Shown here piece after piece: positions 34,044-42,434 of a DNA stretch of 42,434 bases. A program made the position numbers and the translations under genes. Each line of letters opens with the position of its first letter. Position 1 is the first letter of the stretch. The DNA lies in NCBI GenBank assembly GCA_024230675.1, contig JAAERE010000317.1:1-42434 (forward strand), in the 5' to 3' direction. This stretch comes from a bacterium (GTDB lineage: Bacteria > Zixibacteria > MSB-5A5 > GN15 > FEB-12). The notes below the pieces were generated by a model. It did no database searches. It was given only the letters and a program-made list of their open reading frames with translations, and was not told the DNA's origin.

Positions 34044-34802
34044 TTACTTTCCTTCTTTAAGCTTCAACAACTGAATCACCTCAAAAGTTGCCTCATCGGT
34101 GGTGTAGTTGAAAGCGTCAACCTTGTTAACAAAGAAGTTATAGAAGAAAATACCGAGAATACCGGACAAAAGACCACCGGCCGTGTTGATCAGGGCCTCA
34201 GAAATACCGGTCGCCAGCGCGGTAGCATCGATAACACCGCCCTCGACGTCGCCGGTAGCGGCAAAGGCACGGATCATACCGATGGTAGTACCCAGAAGGC
34301 CGACCATGGTAGCGATCGAGGCGATCGTGGAAAGAGCGATCAGGTTACGCTCCAGCAGCGGTCCCTCGAGAGCGTTGGCTTCTTCGATAGCCGACTGCGT
34401 GAGTTGGATCTTCTTTTCAGAGTCCATGCTGCCGTCACCTCTGACCTCTCGGTACCTCTCGATACCGGCGCGCAGGACGTTGGCCGTTGTGCCACGCTGC
34501 TTATCGCAGGCCGCAAGAGCGGCGTCGTAGTCGTCGGACTGCAGCAGAGTAATGAGCTTCTTGAAGAATATCTGGATGGAGCTCTTGCCCTTGGCGACCG
34601 CGTACAATGAGATATAGCGCTCGATCACAAAGACCATGCACATGATGAAGATCATGATAAGAAGAACAACGAGCGGTCCACCCTGGTAGATCGAGTGAAC
34701 GATCGGATTGTCTGAGGTTCTGAATACTCCGTAAAAGAGTCCGAACCCGATAGCTAACGCCACAAAAGCGTTGAGACTTACAAATAAGGTCTGCTTAACC
34801 AC
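34044..34802 (-). CDS. exbB: MotA/TolQ/ExbB proton channel
   Basis: GGPLV..L, IERY, LSTIASIATMVGLLGTTIGMIRAF, and GISEALINTAGGL. GTG start after GGAGG. Confidence 0.94.
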   Translation of the reverse strand: MVKQTLFVSLNAFVALAIGFGLFYGVFRTSDNPIVHSIYQGGPLVVLLIMIFIMCMVFVIERYISLYAVAKGKSSIQIFFKKLITLLQSDDYDAALAACDKQRGTTANVLRAGIERYREVRGDGSMDSEKKIQLTQSAIEEANALEGPLLERNLIALSTIASIATMVGLLGTTIGMIRAFAATGDVEGGVIDATALATGISEALINTAGGLLSGILGIFFYNFFVNKVDAFNYTTDEATFEVIQLLKLKEGK

Positions 34803-34833
34803 GTGACTCTATCCTCCAACTATTAGAATGATA

Positions 34834-35859
34834 TTAAATCTCAATTCCCTTGACGGCGACCATCACAGAAGCCGCCGCTGACACAAACACACCCCAGGAA
34901 AGCGTTCCAAGGAGCGCTCCCACGCCGTAGCTGTCGCCGATGCTCGTGAAGCTCTCGGAGAGATCGAAACCGTAATCGGCCCCGATGAAAGACAGGCAAA
35001 TGACTACGAACAAAACACACACAGGTAGCCAGTTGTATTTCGAGTATTTCTTTATCGCCAGAGCGACTTCATCCGCCGAGCCCTTGAGCCCGAAGAGGCT
35101 GTACAGGTTGAGCGCCGGCAGACCGATGCAGAGCAGCCCGTAGACCAGCATCAATATGGCGCTGATAACCAGAATAAACCCGGACGAAAACACGGCCGAG
35201 CCCACACTTCCCAGGGAGATAAACGTCCCGAACCCGGAAAGGTGCTCGTATTCTCTGTTTTTGGCACGCTTGATAGCGTGACCGGTAAGAATTTCCTCGT
35301 TGGAGCGTTCTCCGGCATGCCTCGTGACCCTGACGGCTTGCTCCGGCTCCGCGGCGGCTTCCTCGACGGCCGCCAGCAACGTGTCCCCAATGGCAGCGCC
35401 TTCGACAGCCTCCTCAACACCTTCGGCAGCAGCCAGCAAACCGGCCGAATCCAGGTTGGTGGTGGCTTCGGCCAGCGAATCACCCTCAGCGCCGATGAGC
35501 GCCAAGCTGTCGTCAACTAGAGCCACCGGTTCCGGGGCCACCGCAGTCGGCGTGGCCGACACCTCGGTGTAAACCGAATACCAGGGCAGAAGAAGGGCCA
35601 GCAACATAGCCACCGAAGCTACGGCCAGGACCAGCTTCTCTCCAAAGGAGACCCGTTCCTCGACCAGCGTGCAGCCTTCGAGGTCAAGTCCACCTTTGGA
35701 CCGCTTGGCGACTACCTTATCAACCAGCTTCTGCTGCTCGGCTTTGCTCTTGAACAAGTCCTTGGGCTCTCCCGGAAAGACCTCAAAGCCGATGTAGTTG
35801 TATCGCTGTTTTTCGGCTATCCTGTTACCTTGTGGACTTTTCTTGTCCGCGTCAGTCAT
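34834..35859 (-). CDS. Hypothetical integral membrane protein with acidic Ala/Glu-rich loop
   Basis: One N-proximal TM helix ending LLPWY, a ~110-aa low-complexity acidic region, and 3-4 C-terminal TM helices. Lies between the TPR gene and exbB. Confidence 0.75.
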   Translation of the reverse strand: MTDADKKSPQGNRIAEKQRYNYIGFEVFPGEPKDLFKSKAEQQKLVDKVVAKRSKGGLDLEGCTLVEERVSFGEKLVLAVASVAMLLALLLPWYSVYTEVSATPTAVAPEPVALVDDSLALIGAEGDSLAEATTNLDSAGLLAAAEGVEEAVEGAAIGDTLLAAVEEAAAEPEQAVRVTRHAGERSNEEILTGHAIKRAKNREYEHLSGFGTFISLGSVGSAVFSSGFILVISAILMLVYGLLCIGLPALNLYSLFGLKGSADEVALAIKKYSKYNWLPVCVLFVVICLSFIGADYGFDLSESFTSIGDSYGVGALLGTLSWGVFVSAAASVMVAVKGIEI

Positions 35860-35905
35860 TCATATACCCTAAAGAGCTAAAGATGCACTAAAACAATAAT
35901 CCTGA

Positions 35906-37789
35906 TCAGAACTCGTAAACAGTATCGTCGTACCCCTTTTTGCATTCCGTGTCGGTCGGATCGCATTTGAGCGCCTTGCTATACCATTCGTTGGCCAGCC
36001 TGTAATCGGCACTGGCGTTATCAGTTTTCTCGGTCGCCCTGAGATGGTAAGCCTGGGCGATCCATTTGACAAGCGCAAAATCGGCACAGGCGCCTTCGCT
36101 GGCCACAAGACAGTCGTAAGCCTTGCGGAAATAACCCAGAGCCTTGGTGTAATTGCGTGTGCAAATCCCCTCGCCAAAATAGGCGAAACCCAGCGATTTA
36201 TTAGCGCTACAGTCGTCCGGATTCAAAGTCAGGAGACGCTCGAAATAGGTCACACCGTTGGCACAGTCCTGCTTGTGATACAGGTACGTATTCGCCACGC
36301 GAAGGACTATTGCGGAATCGTTCGGATTGTATTCGAGATAGTTGGTCAGATAGTCGATCGCGAGCTGGTAGTAATCTACGGGCTCCCCAGCCGGGACTAT
36401 TTCCTCCTCCATCTCCTCGTCCATTATGTCGTCTTCTTCGTCCGCAGCGCTTCCAGCCAGAGCCAGCGCGCAGGAGCCGGCGTTTTTATACATGCTGACC
36501 GAGTTGGAGTCGATACCTTCGGCGATACGAAGATCGTAATACTCCAGCGCCTGGGCATAACTCCGCAGGTTGTGATATGCCAGGGCTACGTTCTGCAACA
36601 GGCGTTTCTGGTCCGGTCTGTCTGCCAGCGACTTCTTGTAGTACCGGACGGACGTTGAAAAGTCTTTCGGCTTGCGATAGAAGTAGGAATCGCCAAGAAG
36701 CTGATAGAGCTCGCGATCATCAATATTGGAACTGTAATCCTCGCCCTGTTCAGCCACCCAGTCTATGTGACGCAGCAGCATTTCCGCCGCTCTTTCATAA
36801 TCCTTAATTCCCCAGAGAGAGCGTCCGCAATAGTAATATATGTCTCTAGGCTCATACGGAATCGATAGGACGTGATCGAAAAAGACAACAGCGTCCTCGA
36901 AACCGAAAATCTCGTTATAGGCCATGGCCGATTCGAAGTAAACGCGAACGTTCGATGAATCGGGCTGGCTGCCGGTCAGTTCGATATACTTCTTGTATGA
37001 CCCAATCGCGTCCATGAAACGGGCCTTGCGCTCGCCGCGGTTGCGCGAGGAGCGCGCCGCCTTGAAATAAATTCCACCGGCCCGGTTCCAGGCCTCGGCG
37101 TAGGTGCTGTCCATTGTCAGGACGACCCGAAGCTTTTCAATCGCACACGTATAGTCTTTTAGTTCCAGACAGGCCTCAGCCCAGTGGAAATAAACTTCGG
37201 TTCCGGCCGTGTCCAGCCTCTGCGCTATCTCGTATTCCATTCGGGCCAGAGCGGCCACACCGTTAAAGAAATTGGCGTCCCCAAGATTGAGATGGTATTC
37301 GGCGACGGTGGAATCGATGGAAATCGCGCGTCGGAAAGATACGTCGGCCTCACTGTACTGTTCACGCGCCATGAGGACCAAGCCGGTCCCGTTCTCGAAC
37401 CAGTCCTTGATCTTCCGGGCCTTCTTCAGGCCCTCTTTCATCGACTCCTCGGCTCCATCGAGATCCCCCAGAGCCAGCTGGCATCTCCCGAGATAGTAAA
37501 GCGACTCGTAGTATTTCTTCTTCTTCTCCAGGGTCAGAGAAAACTGTTCGGCTGCCTCGGCGTACTGATCGCGCCGGTAGAAAACCATGCCCTTGACGTG
37601 ATAGTTATAATGATACGTCGGGTCCGTTGCGATATCGTTATCCAGGAGTTGCAGCGCCCGTACGGTATCGGCCGCGTCGAAAGCTGCTTGAATCGGCTGT
37701 TTGAGATCCTGGGCAGAGAGTCCGACCGCAAACAGGAGGCTGGCGGCGACGACAAGGAGGGTCTTGGAGATGCGTTCTTTAGTCAACAT
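35906..37789 (-). CDS. Secreted tetratricopeptide repeat protein
   Basis: Signal peptide MLTK...GLSA/QD and many TPR-like units (YYLGRCQLALGD..GA, HLNLGDA, LGDSYF, ANKSLGFAYF). The start is uncertain (37789-37804). Confidence 0.88.
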   Translation of the reverse strand: MLTKERISKTLLVVAASLLFAVGLSAQDLKQPIQAAFDAADTVRALQLLDNDIATDPTYHYNYHVKGMVFYRRDQYAEAAEQFSLTLEKKKKYYESLYYLGRCQLALGDLDGAEESMKEGLKKARKIKDWFENGTGLVLMAREQYSEADVSFRRAISIDSTVAEYHLNLGDANFFNGVAALARMEYEIAQRLDTAGTEVYFHWAEACLELKDYTCAIEKLRVVLTMDSTYAEAWNRAGGIYFKAARSSRNRGERKARFMDAIGSYKKYIELTGSQPDSSNVRVYFESAMAYNEIFGFEDAVVFFDHVLSIPYEPRDIYYYCGRSLWGIKDYERAAEMLLRHIDWVAEQGEDYSSNIDDRELYQLLGDSYFYRKPKDFSTSVRYYKKSLADRPDQKRLLQNVALAYHNLRSYAQALEYYDLRIAEGIDSNSVSMYKNAGSCALALAGSAADEEDDIMDEEMEEEIVPAGEPVDYYQLAIDYLTNYLEYNPNDSAIVLRVANTYLYHKQDCANGVTYFERLLTLNPDDCSANKSLGFAYFGEGICTRNYTKALGYFRKAYDCLVASEGACADFALVKWIAQAYHLRATEKTDNASADYRLANEWYSKALKCDPTDTECKKGYDDTVYEF

Positions 37790-37847
37790 GTTTCCTATCA
37801 TCATCTTTTTCAACAAGATAGCAAAAATAAAAAGTTGGACGCCGTTG

Positions 37848-38078
37848 TCAAGAACTAAATTGCCGCCGGCTGGTCTCACGCGCCTCGGCGGCAGCCTGAC
37901 GAACCGGTCGCCTGAGCTGTCTGTTGAGTTGAATGAAAAAATATGTCACGGCAGCCACACCGACCAGAAGGCGGGTTGCCTCTGACAAATGTCCGGCGTA
38001 CGCCGATTCGACGTACAGCCCGGTCACGAGTATGATGATTCCTGAGACCATATACAGAATCCTCGTTGCGGTGATCAT
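37848..38078 (-). CDS. Small two-TM membrane protein
   Basis: AAGGAGG RBS before the ATG at 38078, two hydrophobic helices, and a basic tail. Confidence 0.65.
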   Translation of the reverse strand: MITATRILYMVSGIIILVTGLYVESAYAGHLSEATRLLVGVAAVTYFFIQLNRQLRRPVRQAAAEARETSRRQFSS

Positions 38079-38363
38079 TATTGACCTCCTTAACTTATAC
38101 ACGCCTCACGCCAGCTTCTTCCTGATTGAAGATACAAAAGCGGTTGTTTCCCTAATGCCTCGACAGGTCTCTATGGGACAAGATTCATGCCTGAATCGGG
38201 AACGGCGCAGGAAGCGCGCGGGCAAGTCGTTGAAACGCTATAGATTAGGCGTGTCGCGGGGAGCATTGAGAAGTCCAGGGCCAGATTCCGCGCGCAGATT
38301 TTGCGGAACGCAATCGGTCACGACCTACTTCTCAGTCGAGCTAACACATTGCAGGATTATGTC

Positions 38364-39539
38364 TTAGAAGTTTGACTCGAGCCGACTCTCGGGGAGCCAA
38401 GTTATCCACATTCGTACGGGGCGCTTGGGTAAACGCTCCAAATAGAACAGTCCGCGATATGAGCGAGGACGTCCCCGGAAGTCCAGGGCGGGATAAAACA
38501 GAACCTCCTCGGCCAGATTCTTGACCAGCTGACGGTTCCACCGGTCCCGTCCCGTGGTCTTTAAGTGTGTGGCAAGGCCGAGAGAATCGATGGCAAGACG
38601 TGAACTAAAGAGGTCGTAGTGTGTGTGCCAGTCTTTTTTGTCCCGGACTTTCGTCTGCCAGAACGAGGCGGGAACCGGCTTGGCCATCAGACCCAGCGTA
38701 TCGGGAAATATGCGAACTCGAAGACGTTCCAGAAGCGGGAGCTGCTCCAGCGTCACCGAATCCAGCGGCGCTGTCGGATACACGCACAGAGGGAAAAACG
38801 AGATCAAAACGTAGCAGCGAGCGGGTCGAGCCACCCCCGAGGCCTTCAGCGGCGTATATCTGGCCCAGTTCACGGCAGTGCGAAGTTTCTCTTCGTACCT
38901 GGGGTAGGTCGAAAGTATTGTCTCAATCGCGGTTGGTCTGCCGACACTGTCGAGGTCTACTTGCATGAGTAGGTACCTGTAGATCGGTTCGGTGCTGAAA
39001 GAGTCTATGTCGCAGTTGTATGAAGGAAAACTCTCTAGAGACGGCAGTTCCAGCCCGTTCATCTCCAGTCCTCGGGCGTAGAGATCGTACTCTATGACCT
39101 CGCGGCCGGAGAAAACTGGGAAAAAGAGTTCGGGCGTGTCTCCCCTGTCCCCGATCTGCATGGTCACAGGTAGAAGCATCTCGATCCTGACGGTGTCGCT
39201 GAAGCCGGGATCAAAAGGGATACTTCTCAGATAGTCGTCATAGCAGGCAGCGTAAAGATAATCCTCGGGGTTATCCGCCCGGAGGTCTGTTACCCGGCCG
39301 TGGGCGTCGATTCGAAGAATCAGCGAGACAATCTTTTCGACCGCCTTGAGATTGACGTTGCTGTCGGCTGAGTACGCGGGCATGTGCACCGGTTCGGGGA
39401 GCGTGAGGCCGTAAGTCGAAGGTCTTTCGGGCAACGCGACCTGCCACAGTTCCTCGGGCGTGGGCGGTCCACCGCAGTTGGCCAGCCAAAGGCAGACGCC
39501 ACAAAGAAGACAGGCTGTGAATGTTCGTGCAGTGGTCAT
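38364..39539 (-). CDS. Putative lipoprotein with tandem TonB-C-like domains
   Basis: Lipobox-like LANC. Repeated strand-ID..G.V/P...helix...F/Y-x-P pattern three times (LRIDAHGRV..IPFDPG; VDLDSVGRP..ARYTPL; LAIDSLG..LFYPAL). Confidence 0.6.
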   Translation of the reverse strand: MTTARTFTACLLCGVCLWLANCGGPPTPEELWQVALPERPSTYGLTLPEPVHMPAYSADSNVNLKAVEKIVSLILRIDAHGRVTDLRADNPEDYLYAACYDDYLRSIPFDPGFSDTVRIEMLLPVTMQIGDRGDTPELFFPVFSGREVIEYDLYARGLEMNGLELPSLESFPSYNCDIDSFSTEPIYRYLLMQVDLDSVGRPTAIETILSTYPRYEEKLRTAVNWARYTPLKASGVARPARCYVLISFFPLCVYPTAPLDSVTLEQLPLLERLRVRIFPDTLGLMAKPVPASFWQTKVRDKKDWHTHYDLFSSRLAIDSLGLATHLKTTGRDRWNRQLVKNLAEEVLFYPALDFRGRPRSYRGLFYLERLPKRPVRMWITWLPESRLESNF

Positions 39540-39645
39540 CGAATCAAGTATCTCCGCTACAACTCTACCGATCGGCTGCGTCGCCGCCAGTATTTAATTG
39601 CCGTCGCAGGACGCCAGGCCTATTATACCTCGACTGGTAGCACCT

Positions 39646-41151
39646 ATGGTCCTTTTAAAAGAACAACTGATGAGAAACATTTGGTCCTCGTGGGCCGGCT
39701 ATGCTGTCCGCATAGTCATCAGTTTTCTGTTTGTGCCTTTCATAACCTCGGTGCTTGGCGATGCCCGGTACGGTGTCTGGGTGATCGCATTTCAGACAAT
39801 CAACTATTTCATGCTGCTCGACCTGGGGCTGGAGAAAGCTCTGGTTCGGTTTGTCTCTAAACATCTCGGCAAGAACGACTTTCTCCGGATCAACCGCACA
39901 CTCAACACGACGTTCGGGCTTTACCTTATCGCCGGTTCAATTATTATAGTCGGCGCCTGGCTGACGGCAACTTTTTTGTTCGACTATTTCCAGATCGGCG
40001 ATCCGGCGCTGGCGGCCGAGGGCAAGTCGGTGCTGATCATCATCGGCTTATTCAGCGGCTTCCGCTTCTACCTCCTGCCGTTCACGGCCGGGCTGGTTGG
40101 TTTCCAGAGGTCCGATGTTTCAAACGCTCTGCACATGATCGAGGAAATCGTGCGGGCCGCCGTTCTCGTCTGGCTGCTGCTCAACGGATACGGCATGGTC
40201 GCGCTGGCTCTGGCAATATTGATCGTCAGCGTCGCTCGACAGTTGGTAGCGATAATCTTCCTCAAGCGTCTTCACCCGCAGACGGCTCTGGGGTTGTCGC
40301 ACTTTGATAAGCCGACCGCGAAGGAGCTGTTCACCTATTCCCGTATTACGTTCGGGATCACCGTGGCGTGGCTGGTGATATTCAACACGGACACGGTGCT
40401 TCTGGGACTGTTGTCGTCCGCTGCTCTGGCCGGAGTCTATGCACCGGGGGCGCAGTTGCTGCTGCACCTGCGCAACGCTGTTAACGTCGTGGCCACTCCC
40501 CTGACCGCCGCGATTTCGCAACTTGAAGCCGAAGGCAAACACGAGGCGATCCAGCGGTTGTACCTCAAAGGCCTGCGGTATACATCGTACCTTTCGTTTT
40601 TCATGGCCGTGGGCGTGATCCTGTACGCGCGGCCTTTCGTGGCGCTGTGGCTGGAGCCGGAGTTTGCCGAAGCCGCCGAAGTCATGCGTATTCTCGCCGT
40701 GTCAGGAGCGTTCTTTATCCCTCAAATAATCGGAAACGCCGTACTGTTTGCGACGGACAGACATGGGCTGCTGTTGCGTGTGTTGGTGCTGGAAGCGGCG
40801 TTGAAGATCATTCTGTCGTTGATTCTAATCCAAAAATACGGTCTGATCGGGATGGCTTTTGCGGCGGCGGTGCCTCAGTTGTTGTTGTACGTGAGCCTCT
40901 ACCCCGTCATGCTGGGACGCGCCCTGAACATCTCCACGGCGACTATCATGCTGACGAGTCTTCGCAGCGGACTGATGGCTATGTTTGCCACACTACCGGT
41001 CGTGGTAATAGTCCGGCAGCTTCTCCCCCCGACCAACTGGCCGTGGTTTTTTGCCAACCTGGCGATTGTGCTGGTCCCGGCGGCGGCAGGAGCTTATTTC
41101 GTCCTCGAACCTGCCGACCGCGCCCGCGTGCGAGCGTTTCTTAATCGGTAG
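39646..41151 (+). CDS. Oligosaccharide flippase (Wzx / polysaccharide biosynthesis family)
   Basis: About 12-14 TM helices, LG..RYGVW, LLDLGL..ALVRFVS, NTDTVLLG....AGVY, and LILIQKYGLIGMA. Start at 39646 or 39670. Confidence 0.9.
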   Translation: MVLLKEQLMRNIWSSWAGYAVRIVISFLFVPFITSVLGDARYGVWVIAFQTINYFMLLDLGLEKALVRFVSKHLGKNDFLRINRTLNTTFGLYLIAGSIIIVGAWLTATFLFDYFQIGDPALAAEGKSVLIIIGLFSGFRFYLLPFTAGLVGFQRSDVSNALHMIEEIVRAAVLVWLLLNGYGMVALALAILIVSVARQLVAIIFLKRLHPQTALGLSHFDKPTAKELFTYSRITFGITVAWLVIFNTDTVLLGLLSSAALAGVYAPGAQLLLHLRNAVNVVATPLTAAISQLEAEGKHEAIQRLYLKGLRYTSYLSFFMAVGVILYARPFVALWLEPEFAEAAEVMRILAVSGAFFIPQIIGNAVLFATDRHGLLLRVLVLEAALKIILSLILIQKYGLIGMAFAAAVPQLLLYVSLYPVMLGRALNISTATIMLTSLRSGLMAMFATLPVVVIVRQLLPPTNWPWFFANLAIVLVPAAAGAYFVLEPADRARVRAFLNR

Positions 41152-41207
41152 GTCGAAGCCCCTGCGGTTTCGACAGTTTGTAGGGCGGGTCCGTCTTCGA
41201 ACCCGCC
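41148..41207 (+). repeat. Two tandem GTAG-prefixed REP-like hairpins
   Basis: GTAG-GTCGAAGCC-cctgc-GGTTTCGAC (41148-41174) and GTAG-GGCGGGT-N10-ACCCGCC (41180-41207). Confidence 0.6.
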
Positions 41208-41341
41208 GGTAGTCACCCTGAACCCATCGAAGGGGAACGTCAAGACGGACAAACCGCGCAGTGCCGGTATTATCGATGTGGCGTAGTCTCGGCATTTGCC
41301 AAGGCTACCAGACCCGCAGAGTTTCGCCAATCACTCCGGTC

Positions 41342-41434
41342 CCCACCATAGGAATGATGGGCCACACCCAGCATGGGCCACCCCACCATAAGAATGATGG
41401 GCCACCCGGCCATAAGAATGATGGGCCACCCGGC
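41342..41434 (+). repeat. Tandem cluster of CCATA(G/A)GAATGATGGGCCAC repeats
   Basis: ATGGGCCAC at 41357, 41373, 41397 and 41421. Exact 24-bp tandem unit CATAAGAATGATGGGCCACCCGGC at 41387-41410 and 41411-41434. Confidence 0.92.
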
Positions 41435-41570
41435 CGATCACAAAGTGGATCAGGTCGAATATGTAAAGGGATAACACTCTTGACGGGAAGAGAGACTATT
41501 GCGTTATTGAAGTGCTGATAAAACAAGTCTATATTTGATGTCTAAAACAATAAAGGAAGAATGGTGAGGT

Positions 41571-42017
41571 ATGGAAGGTATAGTTACCGCAATAGTAACG
41601 TTAGCACTAATTGCAATGGTTGTCTCAGGTTCAGGTCCAAGCAAAAAGAAAAAGCCAAAAGATCAAAACCCTGAAAGAGACGAAAGCAAAGTGGGCTATG
41701 GTTCGCTACATTCTTACCAAGCAGGGTCCAATTTAAACTTCGACTCTGATGTCTTAGCAAAAGTTAAAGCACATCAAATTGAACGTGAAAAGACTTTGAG
41801 TCTCATGGGCAATTTGAAGTTAGATGATATTGGAAAAACGAGTACTCCAAAATACGATTTTAAAGATATAGATGTTAAGAAATTACAAGGCAATATTGGA
41901 GAAATGAGTACTCGAGAATATGACCGTAAATTAGAAGCTGGAACCAAAGAGATGGACTATAGACAGTTTAGAATCTGCTTAGACTCAGCCCCCCGATTCG
42001 GAAGAAGAAGTAATTGA
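41571..42017 (+). CDS. AT-rich hypothetical protein with N-terminal membrane anchor
   Basis: 148-aa ORF with an N-terminal hydrophobic helix and a Lys-rich segment. A/T-ending codons are unlike the rest of the window. Confidence 0.65.
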   Translation: MEGIVTAIVTLALIAMVVSGSGPSKKKKPKDQNPERDESKVGYGSLHSYQAGSNLNFDSDVLAKVKAHQIEREKTLSLMGNLKLDDIGKTSTPKYDFKDIDVKKLQGNIGEMSTREYDRKLEAGTKEMDYRQFRICLDSAPRFGRRSN

Positions 42018-42295
42018 ATCTCTTTGCATATGTCAGTAGTTTATAGAAATGGAATCAATCTGATAGTCTAAATATCAAACTACCAGAAACTCTCAATCTT
42101 GCAGATTGCAGTGTGACCACTCCGTCGTGGTCTAAGAGCAAGAACGCCCCCTCGTCTTGTCGGTTTCTCTCCATAACTTTCCCCGAATGACTAGAGGAAG
42201 CTCTGAGCGCCTCTTCTAATAAGTAGAATTGATTTATTATCATTTCTACTTTCAAAACAGCTTATATGCTGTTTGAACCTCCCCCGATTTAGTGT

Positions 42296-42322
42296 CGGGT
42301 GGCCCATCATTCCTATGGTGGG
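42296..42322 (-). repeat. Inverted copy of the 41342 repeat
   Basis: 42299-42322 GTGGCCCATCATTCCTATGGTGGG is the exact reverse complement of 41342-41365. Confidence 0.92.
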
Positions 42323-42434
42323 TTTCCAAGGCCTTATACAACCTCTCACAATTCTACGCCGTCGATCTCGAACTCGCCTTCGCGTCGTCCGTGATACCAT
42401 CGGTAGCTCGACCAGGGCCACCCGGCGGAGGCGT

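Noticed and set aside
37790-37879. Extended N-terminus of the TPR protein
   Set aside because: It overlaps the upstream small gene and precedes a clear signal peptide starting near 37789.
41342-41434. Possible CRISPR array
   Set aside because: The repeats abut or have only very short gaps, there are no unique 30-40 nt spacers, and no cas genes are present.
41261-41526. ORFs with HKNDGPPG / GGPSFLW repeats
   Set aside because: These are translations of the DNA repeat cluster, not credible proteins.
42055-42255. 66-aa minus-strand ORF in the AT-rich cargo
   Set aside because: No clear RBS or motif. It may be a gene fragment, but this cannot be supported.

Overview
A mostly GC-rich bacterial chromosomal window. 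The Cys-flanked dockerin-like C-termini and the FCB-style exbB-exbD-exbD-tonB cluster suggest a Zixibacteria-like organism (inference only). From left to right it contains: (1) trxB and cobO, divergent from an Rrf2 regulator-dcd-pyruvate:ferredoxin oxidoreductase unit. (2) An outer-membrane beta-barrel and a TolB-like propeller. (3) A minus-strand run of miaB, a GAF/degenerate-kinase/receiver protein, an HDOD protein, aroC and pepA. (4) Three consecutive secreted proteins with dockerin-like tails: a small protein, an M1 aminopeptidase, and a cohesin-like/5x Ig-repeat scaffold candidate. (5) A three-gene unit of a stand-alone Zn-ribbon protein, a Hel308/Ski2-like helicase fused to a winged helix, and a Lon whose ATPase motifs are degenerate but whose Ser-Lys protease dyad is intact. 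Its promoter has a palindrome in the spacer. (6) An expanded TPR/ExbB/ExbD/TonB cluster with a duplicated exbD-tonB cassette and an unannotated 33-aa TonB-N-terminus-like ORF. (7) A polysaccharide flippase. (8) An AT-rich cargo segment bounded by perfect 24-bp inverted repeats, next to REP-like hairpins. No rRNA, tRNA, CRISPR array or transposase was recognised. The best candidates for an undescribed system are the Zn-ribbon/helicase/pseudo-ATPase-Lon unit and the cohesin-dockerin-like peptidase cluster.
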